Source of the DNA: Acidobacteriota bacterium
GTDB lineage: Bacteria > Acidobacteriota > Thermoanaerobaculia > Multivoradales > J023
Reading direction: 5' to 3'
DNA length: 47,395 nt
Assembly: GCA_038530905.1 (NCBI GenBank)
Contig: JBCBCF010000002.1
Location: forward strand, 1-47,395
The notes beneath the pieces are model-generated. The model worked only from the letters and a program-made list of their open reading frames with translations. It made no database searches and was not told where the DNA came from. The position numbers and the translations under genes were made by a program. Every line of letters begins with the position of its first letter. Position 1 is the first letter of the stretch. This document shows positions 39,418 to 47,395 of the stretch, piece by piece.

Positions 39418-39583
39418 GCCGCCGGCGAGGGGCACCGGCCGAGGCCGCACCTGGTGACGTCGGCGGTGCGGCGCCTTGTGACCGTCAAGGAATAGCCGTT
39501 CATCAATGTGGCGTTATGCTGCGATGACAACTTCATCGAGTGCGCCACCCGCCCGGCGCCGCCTTCATCGGGAGAGGATCTCC

Positions 39584-42259
39584 ATGCGCCGGCTCGCCGT
39601 CCACGTCAGCACGCTTATCGCCGTCTCCGCCTTCCTCGTCTCAGCGGCCCAGGCGCTTCTTTTCGCCCGCGTCACCGACGAGCACCTCACCCGCTCGGCC
39701 GACCTGGTCGTCGAGGTCGAATTCGAAGAGTCGACACTCGCTCGGGGCGCCTCGATGCCCTCGACCGACTGGCGGGCGGCCGTCGTGCGAGTGGTGAGCG
39801 GGCCGGAGCCGGCGGCGAGTCCTCTCGTCATCCGCGTCCCGGGCGGTGAAGGCTCCGACGGCAAGCATCTGGCCATCTGGGGCGCGCCGCGGTTCGCACA
39901 GGGAGAACGGGCGCTTCTTTTCCTTGTCAAAGAGTCAGGCGGCGTGTACCGGCCTCTCTTCGTGAATCAGGGCGTCTTCCACTTGACGTCAGTGGAGGGA
40001 AAGCGCGTCGCCTGGCGGTCCTTCGCGGAGTCGGAAGAGATTGAGCTGCCAGGCCGGACGATCGAGCCCGAGCGCCCGCGTGATCTCGATCGCTTCGGCG
40101 CCTGGGTGCGAGCTGTCCAGACCGCGAAGTCAGCGGAGGCTCCGGCCGCCGACTATTGGCGCGACGATCTATCGGTGGACCAGCTCGAACGGCCGAAGAA
40201 GTTCACGACCTTCCTGCTCAACGGCTTTCCGGGCCGTTGGCGTCAGTTCGACTCCAACGCGCAGGTGACGTTCTTCGCCCAAGAAGGTGGACAGCCTGGT
40301 CTACCGGGCGGCGGCTTCAATGAGGTCCGCACCGCGCTGGCCGCCTGGACCAACGATCCCGGGACGCCGATTCGCTTGCGCTACGGCGGGACCACGACTT
40401 CCACCGGGGGCCTGCGGGACGGGGGAAGCGACAATCTCAACACGGTTCTTTTTGCTGATCCGAACAACAATCCGAGCTTCGACGGGCCGTTCTGCCCAAA
40501 CGGCGGCGTGATCGCAATTGGCGGGCCGTGGTTCACCTCGGCGCGACATGAATTCGACGGACGCACCTTCACGACCATCATTGAAGGCGATGTCGTCACG
40601 AACGAAGGTCTGGAATGCTGGTTCGCGTTCAACCGGCGGGCGGAGGAGACGTTCGCCCATGAGCTTGGCCACACGCTCGGCCTGCGACATTCCTGCGGCG
40701 ATGCTGACTCGGGCTCGTGCAACACGGCGGAGAAGAACGAAGCCTTGATGCGCGCGCAAATCCACGGTGACGGGCGCGGCGCCAGCCTCCGCGTCGACGA
40801 TCGCGCGGGTCTTGCGTTCCTCTACGGCTCGACGCAGGCCCCAACCCCGCCCGCCGCGCCGAGCGGCCTGACAGCGACGCCGGGCTTCGACTCCGTGGCT
40901 CTGAACTGGAACGACAATGCCTCGGACGAGCAGAGCTATCGCGTCGAACGCGCGCCGGGGACGTCCACCAACTTCTCGACCATCGCCACGCTCGCCGCCA
41001 ACGCCCAGAGCTTCACCAACACGGGCCTGCCGGGCGGCACGACGTTCTCCTATCGAGTCGTGGCGGTGAATTCGGCCGGCGCCACAGCGTCCAACGTGGC
41101 GGCGGCGACCACGCTCGGTGTGGTCGCGCCCAGCAACCTCGATGCCCGTCCGCTGTCGTCCAACTCAGTGCGGGTCACGTGGAGCGACAACTCCTCAGAC
41201 GAGCTTGGATTCGAGGTCGAGGCGCGACTCTTCGGCGACTTCGCTGTTGTCGTGACGGTACCCGCCGGCACGCGCCAGGCCGACGTTCTCGACCTCTTCC
41301 CGTCGACGACCTATCAGTTCCGCGTGCGGGCGCTGGGCGTCACCGGGCCGTCTGCCTACTCCAACATCGCGACCGCCACGACCTTCGTCGGCCAGGTCGA
41401 AGCGTGCGTGCCGGGCGCGGAGCGTCAATGCCTCAACGAGGATCGGTTCAAGGTTGAAGTGCAGTGGCGCGACTTCGCGGACGGTGCCGGCGCCGGTCGC
41501 GCGGTGCCCGTGCCGGCGCCGGTCGATGCCGACGACTCCGGCCTGTTCTACTTCTTCGACGAAGACAATTGGGAGCTTTTGGTCAAGGTGCTCGACGGCT
41601 GTGGCCTGAACGATCACTTTTGGGTGTTCCTGGCGGCGACGACCGATGTCGAATACACCTTGATCGTTACCGACACGGCGAGCGGCTTCGTGCGAACGTA
41701 TTTCAACCCTCTTGGTGTCGCCTCGCCTGCCGTGTCCGACATCGAGGCGTTTCGAACCTGCGCGGTGCCGTTGCAAGGAAGCCCGCAGGCAGCGACGGCA
41801 CCGCCGAGCCCGCCGGATGCGCTGCGGGCGCTCTCCGATGCGTCGATGTCGACCGACGCTCTGGCCGAACCCACGGCTGCCGCAGCCGCCGGCGTCGAGA
41901 AGATGGGCACCTGTGTCGAGTCGGAAACGACGCGTTGCATCGGCCGCGACCGGTTTGCTGTCACCGTCACCTGGCAGGACTTCGACTTGAATCGAGGCGA
42001 CGGCCGCTGGGTCGAGATCGAGTCGGAAGATTCCGGGCTCTTCTACTTCTTCAATCCCGACAATTGGGAGCTGCTGGTCAAGGCGCTCGATGGCTGCGCG
42101 TTGAACGACCGGTTCTGGGTCTTCTCGGCGGCGACCACCAACGTGGCCTACACCATGACGGTCACCGACACGGTCACCGGTGCCGTCCGTGTCTACGAGA
42201 ATCCTCTCGGCCGGCTGGCAGACGCGATCACGGACACGGACGCCTTCGCCTGCGAGTGA
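39584..42259 (+). CDS. secreted matrixin-like (M10 metzincin) protease with two FN3 domains and two C-terminal repeats of an uncharacterised domain
   Basis: GGGAGAGG upstream and signal 'LIAVSAFLVSAAQA'. 'HELGHTLGLRHS' at 40658-40693 and 'DDRAGLAFLYG' (MMP-like end of the catalytic domain). FN3 segments 'PSGLTATPG..YRVVAVNSAG' and 'PSNLDARPL..YQFRVRALG'. The duplicated ~115-aa domains lie at 41405-41761 and 41912-42253. Confidence 0.8.
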   Translation: MRRLAVHVSTLIAVSAFLVSAAQALLFARVTDEHLTRSADLVVEVEFEESTLARGASMPSTDWRAAVVRVVSGPEPAASPLVIRVPGGEGSDGKHLAIWGAPRFAQGERALLFLVKESGGVYRPLFVNQGVFHLTSVEGKRVAWRSFAESEEIELPGRTIEPERPRDLDRFGAWVRAVQTAKSAEAPAADYWRDDLSVDQLERPKKFTTFLLNGFPGRWRQFDSNAQVTFFAQEGGQPGLPGGGFNEVRTALAAWTNDPGTPIRLRYGGTTTSTGGLRDGGSDNLNTVLFADPNNNPSFDGPFCPNGGVIAIGGPWFTSARHEFDGRTFTTIIEGDVVTNEGLECWFAFNRRAEETFAHELGHTLGLRHSCGDADSGSCNTAEKNEALMRAQIHGDGRGASLRVDDRAGLAFLYGSTQAPTPPAAPSGLTATPGFDSVALNWNDNASDEQSYRVERAPGTSTNFSTIATLAANAQSFTNTGLPGGTTFSYRVVAVNSAGATASNVAAATTLGVVAPSNLDARPLSSNSVRVTWSDNSSDELGFEVEARLFGDFAVVVTVPAGTRQADVLDLFPSTTYQFRVRALGVTGPSAYSNIATATTFVGQVEACVPGAERQCLNEDRFKVEVQWRDFADGAGAGRAVPVPAPVDADDSGLFYFFDEDNWELLVKVLDGCGLNDHFWVFLAATTDVEYTLIVTDTASGFVRTYFNPLGVASPAVSDIEAFRTCAVPLQGSPQAATAPPSPPDALRALSDASMSTDALAEPTAAAAAGVEKMGTCVESETTRCIGRDRFAVTVTWQDFDLNRGDGRWVEIESEDSGLFYFFNPDNWELLVKALDGCALNDRFWVFSAATTNVAYTMTVTDTVTGAVRVYENPLGRLADAITDTDAFACE

Positions 42260-42328
42260 CGACCGGCGCCGGGCCTTGACGTGGACCACCGCGCGACGCC
42301 GGACCGGCTGCGTTGCGGTGATGTTGAG

Positions 42329-44692
42329 TCAGCCGACCGTGCGCACGGCCAGGCTGGTCGCCGGCAGGCCGATCGTCTGCAGCACCCGACGGAACGCGTC
42401 CACGTCGACAAGACCCTGGAACGCTGGCTCGACGCCGATCCAGATCAGGTCGGCGGCGCGCACCTTGACCGCGCGTTCGAGCGAGGCGATGGCGAGATCC
42501 TGATAGTCCAGGATGGCATAGGCCTGCGCTAGAAGAGTCGGCGGCACGTAGTGCCGATTGGACAGCTCCGGCAGGCGGTCGAGCAGGCTCGAGGCCCGCT
42601 CGAGACGGCCCGCGGCGGCATGCACCATCGCCAGCGTCACGAGAGCTTCCGGGCGTCCGGGCTCCATCTTGGCGCCGATGGTGCCGATCTCGAGAGCCTC
42701 GCGGTCATCGCCGATGCGGGCCAGCAGGCGAGCGAGCGAGTACCGGGCGAGGGAGAATTGATCGTCCGCCTCGACCACGCGCCGCAGCTCTCGCTCTGCC
42801 TGCTCGTCGCGCCCGGCGTAGGAGAAGAGCAAGCCCAGGCACGTCTGCACCGGGAGCGAGAGCGGATCCAGCTCCGCAGCGCGACTGAGCTGGTCCAGCG
42901 CCTTCTCGAACTGCAGTCGCGGTACCAGGACGTTCATAGCGTGCCATTGGTAGCCGAGCGGATAGTGCGGATCGATCATCAGCGCGCGCTCGAAGGCTTC
43001 GGCGGCTGCCTCCAGGTCCCAGTCGTAGCAAGAGAGCACGCAGCCGAGTGAGGTCAGGGCCTCGGCCGACTTCGGATCATGCTCCAGGGCCTCCATCGCC
43101 GCCTGCTTGGCGCGCGGCATCACCCGCATGGGCGGCGCCATGCCGTAGGCGCCGAGCATCGCGTAGGCATCGGCAACACCGGCACGGGCGCGGGCGAATC
43201 CCGGCTCGCGCGCCAGAGCCATCTGGAAGTAGTCGATCGCCCGCCGCATCTCCGGCTCGGAGCGGCGCATCCAGCAGTGGCGGCCTTTGAGGTAGAGATT
43301 CTGTGCTTCGAAGCTGCCGGCGCGGCGCGGCGGAGGCAGATCGCTGCGTTCCAGCGGCTGGCGATTCGGCGTTGCGAGCGGGGCTTCGAGCGCCTCGACG
43401 ATGCGTTCGGCCAGCTCGTCCTGGATGTCGAACAGGCTATCGAGGCGTCGGTCGTAGGTCGCCGACCAGAGGATCGTGTCGTCTTCGGCGAGCACTAGGC
43501 GCGCCGTCACGCGCACACGGTCATGCGAGGTCCGAACGCTGCCCTGGAGCAAGAAATCGGCGCTTGGATGGCGCAAGGCGAGATCGACTCCGGTCGGCGT
43601 GCGCGTCGCGATGCGTAGGCCCTCTCGCGGTGTCAGGCGGGCGATCAACTCCTCCGCGAGGCCGTAGCAGAGGTGAGCTTGGTCGCTGTCTCGGCTGAGG
43701 TCGCGGAAGGTCTCGACCACTACGGTCGGGACCCGCGGACGCGAGGCGCCGCCCAGCGCTCGCTGATCGATGCGCGCGTCGGCGGAATCCGCCGGCACCG
43801 GCGTGCGCGTTGCGGGCGCCGGTCGCTGGGCGGCCGGATCGCCGATGAGCCCTGGGCCGCGCGGCGCCGAGTCCACCTCGCTCTCGAGGTCGGCGAGCAG
43901 CTCGGCAGCGTGGCGGTAGCGATCCTCTGGGTCCTTTGCCAAGCACCAGCGCAGAATCTGCCGCAGGCGCATGTTCTGCGGTGCGTCGTAGCGCAGTGTC
44001 GGCTCCGGCTCCTCCTGCAGAATCACGGCCTTCAGCGCCTCGCGATCGCGAGCTCGGAAGGGCCGCTCGCCGGTCGCCATCTGGTAGAGGACGACGCCGA
44101 GCGACCAGATGTCCGTGCGCCGATCGATCGCCTGCCGGGACAGCTGCTCAGGCGACATATACGGCATTGTGCCAAGCGCCGAGCGAGCCCGCGGGCCGGG
44201 CAGCTTGGCAACGCCGAAGTCGAGAATCTTGACCTTGTCGTTGTCGGTGATCAGCAGGTTGGCGGGTTTGACGTCGCAGTGCACGATCTCGCATCGATGC
44301 GCCTCGGCGAGGCCGTCGGCCACCTGCCGCGCGATCGACAGAGCGACTTCGTGCGCCAGCGGCCGACCCTCGGCGCGTTCCAGTCGCTCGTCGAGGGTCT
44401 CGCCGGCGTAGAACGCCATGGCGATGAACGGATCGCCCTCGGCACTCTCTGAGATCTCGTAGATCGTGCAGATGTTCGGGTGTTCGAGGGCGGAGGCAGC
44501 GAGCGCCTCCTGAAGGAGACGCTCGCGGGCGACATCGTCGCGCCGGCTCGGCGGCAGGAATTTCAGCGCAACCTGGCGGTCGAGACGCTCGTCGATCGCT
44601 CGATAGACCACGCCCATGCCGCCGCTGCCGAGCTTCTCAACGATGCGGTAGTGGTGAATCTTGTCGCCGATCACGAAGTGTCGCCGTCCCAA
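42329..44692 (-). CDS. Ser/Thr protein kinase with middle TolB-N-like region and C-terminal TPR array
   Basis: 'LGSGGMGVVYRA', 'VALKFL', 'HCDVKPANLL', 'DFGVAK' and 'GTMPYMSPEQ', followed by TPR-like repeats to the C-terminus. The ORF-track start is TTG 44692. GTG 44674 is an alternative. Confidence 0.85.
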   Translation of the reverse strand: MGRRHFVIGDKIHHYRIVEKLGSGGMGVVYRAIDERLDRQVALKFLPPSRRDDVARERLLQEALAASALEHPNICTIYEISESAEGDPFIAMAFYAGETLDERLERAEGRPLAHEVALSIARQVADGLAEAHRCEIVHCDVKPANLLITDNDKVKILDFGVAKLPGPRARSALGTMPYMSPEQLSRQAIDRRTDIWSLGVVLYQMATGERPFRARDREALKAVILQEEPEPTLRYDAPQNMRLRQILRWCLAKDPEDRYRHAAELLADLESEVDSAPRGPGLIGDPAAQRPAPATRTPVPADSADARIDQRALGGASRPRVPTVVVETFRDLSRDSDQAHLCYGLAEELIARLTPREGLRIATRTPTGVDLALRHPSADFLLQGSVRTSHDRVRVTARLVLAEDDTILWSATYDRRLDSLFDIQDELAERIVEALEAPLATPNRQPLERSDLPPPRRAGSFEAQNLYLKGRHCWMRRSEPEMRRAIDYFQMALAREPGFARARAGVADAYAMLGAYGMAPPMRVMPRAKQAAMEALEHDPKSAEALTSLGCVLSCYDWDLEAAAEAFERALMIDPHYPLGYQWHAMNVLVPRLQFEKALDQLSRAAELDPLSLPVQTCLGLLFSYAGRDEQAERELRRVVEADDQFSLARYSLARLLARIGDDREALEIGTIGAKMEPGRPEALVTLAMVHAAAGRLERASSLLDRLPELSNRHYVPPTLLAQAYAILDYQDLAIASLERAVKVRAADLIWIGVEPAFQGLVDVDAFRRVLQTIGLPATSLAVRTVG

Positions 44693-44800
44693 CGGGGCAG
44701 CTCGCCGGAGAGAAGAAGGCGGCCGCGGGCGCCGCGTCGTCGCGGCATCAAAGTGTTCGAACCAGGGAGCCCGGCGATGATACCGCGCCGCCTTACGGCG

Positions 44801-47395
44801 TCAGAAGGCATGGCCGAAGCCGAGCGACAGCCGGTATTCGTCGTCATCCGGCCGTCGATCGAGCGGATAGGCGGCATCAAAGCGGAGAAGGCCGATCGGG
44901 GTCTGGGCGCGCACTCCGAGTCCGACCGAGTCGAAGAGGTCGAAGCCCGCGTCCGACGGATCCAGCCAGACGTTCCCTGCGTCGTAGAACGCGACGGCCC
45001 AATAATTGCCGAAGACGCGGTAGCGCAGCTCCTGATTGAGGACCAGCAGCGCCTCGCCACCGAGCGCCCGCAGCCGGCCGTTGTCGAGTCGTCGCGTCGG
45101 CCCGAGACTGCGGCTGTCGTAGCCGCGCACTGAGAACTGACCGCCGGCGAAGAAGCGAACCTCGAACGGCAGCTCACCGTCGAACACTTCTGCATAGCCA
45201 GCGCGAACACCCTGAGCCCACACGAGCCGCTCGCCGAAGATCGGCGGATTCCAATAGGTGCCGAGCTGCGCGAAGGCGCGGGCGTAGGTCGCATCTTCGC
45301 CGAGGAACTCCTCGGAGCCGGACAGGTCGATCGAGGCCAGGAGGCCGCCGAGCGGATTGAGAGGATCGGGCCGCGTGTCGTAGATGAGCTGAGTGCCGAG
45401 CAGCGGGCTCCGGACCTGCGAAACCACCGGCGGCGAGAGTCCGGTGTCGACATCCTCAGAGTCTCGGTACCGCGCATAAATGCGACCGCGCAGACCGTCG
45501 CGGATCGGCATCGACAGCTGGGCCTGGAGCTCGAAGCCGTCGGAGCGGAATTCTTCCTCCTGCTCCTCGAAGATCTCAGCGTAGAGCTCCAGGTCGGCGC
45601 GCGAGTTGAGAATGCGCGGCACCTCGGTGTAGAGGCGCAGAGACTGTTCGTCGTCATCGGCGTAGAAGGCGCGCAGCCCGAGCGTGATGCCGCGGCCGAG
45701 CGCGTTGCGGTCGGCGACGTCGAACGCAGCGCCGAGGCCCTCCGAGCTCTCCCAGCGCAGACCGTAGGCGACGCTGTAGCGTGGCTTCTCCCGCAGGTCG
45801 AAGGTGATCGCGGTGCCGTCCTCGCCGGTCGTTCCGTCCACCTGGACCGTCTCGAAGATCTGGGTCGAGAGCAGCGCTCGACGCGCGCGGGTGATCTCGC
45901 TGGCCTGCAGCAGCTCGCCCTCCTGAAGTGCCACCAGGTCACGGATCCAATTCGGACTGGTGTGGTACTCGCCGTCGATCTCGAGCCGATCGAGTTGATA
46001 TCGCGGGCCGAGATCGACCAGATAGCGCACTGCGATCTCGGTCGCCGTCTCGGTGTCGGCGGTGCGCTGCCGAACGCGTGCGTCGAGCCAGCCGTCGTCG
46101 CGCAGGACCCGCTCGAGGTCGATGGCCAGATTGGCCAGGCGGCCGGCGACGAACGGATCGCCCGGCGCCGCGTCGATCCGGGCTTCGAGCTTTGCGCGCA
46201 CCTCAGCGTCCAGAGACAGGTCCGGATCCTGCGGCTCCAAGTGGATCGAGGCGATGCGCTGGCGCTCGCCCAGTGCCACCTCCACCTCGAGACGACCGCT
46301 CTCGCGATCGAGTTGGCGGTCGACGAGGCGCGCCTGCGGGTAGCCAAGATTGGCGAGCGCGCGCAGCAGCCGACGGTCGCCCTTCGGGTCACCGATCGCC
46401 AGCTCGACGCGCGACAGAAGGCTGGCGAAGTCGCCGGCGACGACCGACGTGACCTCGCCGGGCAGCCCGCGGAGCGTCGGCGCTTCGACCTCGATCTTCT
46501 CCCCGGGCCGCGAATCGACGATGACGCGGCGGTCTCCTCGGGGTCGAGCCGGATCGAGAAGAATCCGGCTCACGTCGACCTCAGGCGACAGGTGGCCGCG
46601 GCTCCGCCAGACGGTCATCGTCTGCTCGCGCATCTCCTCCAGCGACGCATCCTCGAAGAAGTCCGCTCGATAGAGATTTCGGATGCCGTCGCGCCGAGCC
46701 CGCGGCGGTTTCTCACCGGTGAATTCGAAGGTGGCGTGCGGTCCGGCGTCGACGTCGACCTCGAGCCGGATGGTCTTGCTCGACCCGCCCGTCGGCACCA
46801 AGGCGGCGCGCACGGTCGGGTCTCCGTAGCCTTCGCGACGGAGCGCTTCGGCGACATCCACCTCGACATCGAAATCGATGCCGTCGGCGACGCGCTCGCC
46901 TTCGGCGTAGCTGATCGCCCGCTTCGCCCGGCGCTCGATGGTGCGATCGGCGCCGCAGGTCGGGCAGCTCAAGTCGATCTCGGTGAGGAGCGAACGCTCG
47001 TCGTCGGCGTCTTGATCGGGCGGTCGTCCCAGCTCGAGGACCTGCTGGAGGGTCGTCCCGTATTCGTTGTTCTCGTTGGTGAAGACGTTGGTCGACAGGC
47101 TCGGAACCGGCTCGATGTCATGGAAATCGAGGATGTAGACGCGGTCCTCCGAGTCACTCAGGTCCAGGGCGAGGGCGAAGGCGACGTAGGCCGACAGATC
47201 CCGCGAGATGACGAGTCGCGCCTGGGGGTCCGCCTCGCTGAAGAGGAACAACGGCTTGTAGTCGAGGCGGGTGCCGCCGAGCCCGCCAAGGCTCGAGGCC
47301 AGCCGCCCGCCGTAGTAGGTCGACAGGCCCGACTCGAGCGACTCTCGCGTCTGGCGCGCGCGCTCCTCGTCGCTCTGACCACCGATCTCATCTCG
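44801..47395 (-). CDS. Omp85-family outer-membrane protein (POTRA repeats + barrel, TamA/BamA-like), 5' end outside the window, with a TamB/DUF490-like upstream segment in the same frame
   Basis: Barrel motifs 'REKPRYSVAYGLRWES', 'VRFFAGGQFSVRGYD' and the C-terminus 'RLSLGFGHAF'. My own translation of 47252-47395 in the same frame shows no stop and G/C-rich third positions (..RDEIGGQSDEERARQTRESLESGLSTYYGGRLASSLGGLGGTRLDYKPL..), so the TTG at 47251 is not a forced start. Confidence 0.75.
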   Translation of the reverse strand, partial: RDEIGGQSDEERARQTRESLESGLSTYYGGRLASSLGGLGGTRLDYKPLFLFSEADPQARLVISRDLSAYVAFALALDLSDSEDRVYILDFHDIEPVPSLSTNVFTNENNEYGTTLQQVLELGRPPDQDADDERSLLTEIDLSCPTCGADRTIERRAKRAISYAEGERVADGIDFDVEVDVAEALRREGYGDPTVRAALVPTGGSSKTIRLEVDVDAGPHATFEFTGEKPPRARRDGIRNLYRADFFEDASLEEMREQTMTVWRSRGHLSPEVDVSRILLDPARPRGDRRVIVDSRPGEKIEVEAPTLRGLPGEVTSVVAGDFASLLSRVELAIGDPKGDRRLLRALANLGYPQARLVDRQLDRESGRLEVEVALGERQRIASIHLEPQDPDLSLDAEVRAKLEARIDAAPGDPFVAGRLANLAIDLERVLRDDGWLDARVRQRTADTETATEIAVRYLVDLGPRYQLDRLEIDGEYHTSPNWIRDLVALQEGELLQASEITRARRALLSTQIFETVQVDGTTGEDGTAITFDLREKPRYSVAYGLRWESSEGLGAAFDVADRNALGRGITLGLRAFYADDDEQSLRLYTEVPRILNSRADLELYAEIFEEQEEEFRSDGFELQAQLSMPIRDGLRGRIYARYRDSEDVDTGLSPPVVSQVRSPLLGTQLIYDTRPDPLNPLGGLLASIDLSGSEEFLGEDATYARAFAQLGTYWNPPIFGERLVWAQGVRAGYAEVFDGELPFEVRFFAGGQFSVRGYDSRSLGPTRRLDNGRLRALGGEALLVLNQELRYRVFGNYWAVAFYDAGNVWLDPSDAGFDLFDSVGLGVRAQTPIGLLRFDAAYPLDRRPDDDEYRLSLGFGHAF

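Noticed and set aside
42263-42272. 10-nt palindrome ccggcgccgg between the convergent metzincin and kinase genes
   Set aside because: It is self-complementary with no loop, so it cannot form a hairpin terminator. Such GC palindromes are expected by chance at this composition.
44671-46392. 573-aa minus-strand ORF in an alternative frame of the Omp85 gene
   Set aside because: Ser/Arg/Ala/Thr-rich with no motifs. The other frame gives POTRA and barrel motifs ending in the canonical aromatic C-terminus (..GFGHAF).

Overview
This is a 47.4-kb, very GC-rich segment (roughly two-thirds G+C by eye, not computed). It comes from a diderm bacterium, shown by an Omp85 barrel plus Sec and lipoprotein signals. 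The phylum cannot be fixed from sequence alone. The gene content (bshA, Ser/Thr kinase-TPR, FN3-metzincin, leaderless-type promoters) would fit Acidobacteriota-, Gemmatimonadota- or Myxococcota-like genomes. I support about 33 protein genes. I saw no rRNA, tRNA, CRISPR array, transposase or integrase. Most of the window is housekeeping: (1) a minus-strand string murB-nth-patatin-bshA-aceK with ATGA and GTGA start/stop overlaps; (2) an amtB-glnK-gltB nitrogen block behind the only AT-rich spacer; (3) uvrA, a PLP cystathionine gamma-synthase/lyase family gene, an OmpR-type two-component pair, an SDR, a GNAT and a VOC protein. Accessory-looking content, ranked by interest: (a) a tightly spaced co-directional trio of sspB-like, PLDc_N/TPR membrane protein and a stand-alone SIR2-like (DUF4917-type) protein at 26480-29039, which is my best candidate for an undescribed NAD-targeting conflict module; (b) a secreted bacterial thaumatin-like (PR-5) protein followed by a signal-less S1 protease; (c) an Omp85/TamA-like barrel whose ORF runs off the window into a TamB/DUF490-like segment, a possible single-chain TamB-TamA fusion; (d) a matrixin-FN3 protein ending in two copies of an uncharacterised Cys-bounded domain; (e) two secreted multi-EF-hand proteins divergent from the two-component system. 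Regulatory observations: TACAAT-type -10 boxes sit 6-9 nt from four start codons, which suggests leaderless mRNAs. There is a perfect 26-nt palindrome in a 510-nt non-coding spacer, and several strong GC hairpins between genes. All family calls rest on motif recognition by eye and on recalled reference sequences. No database search was run.
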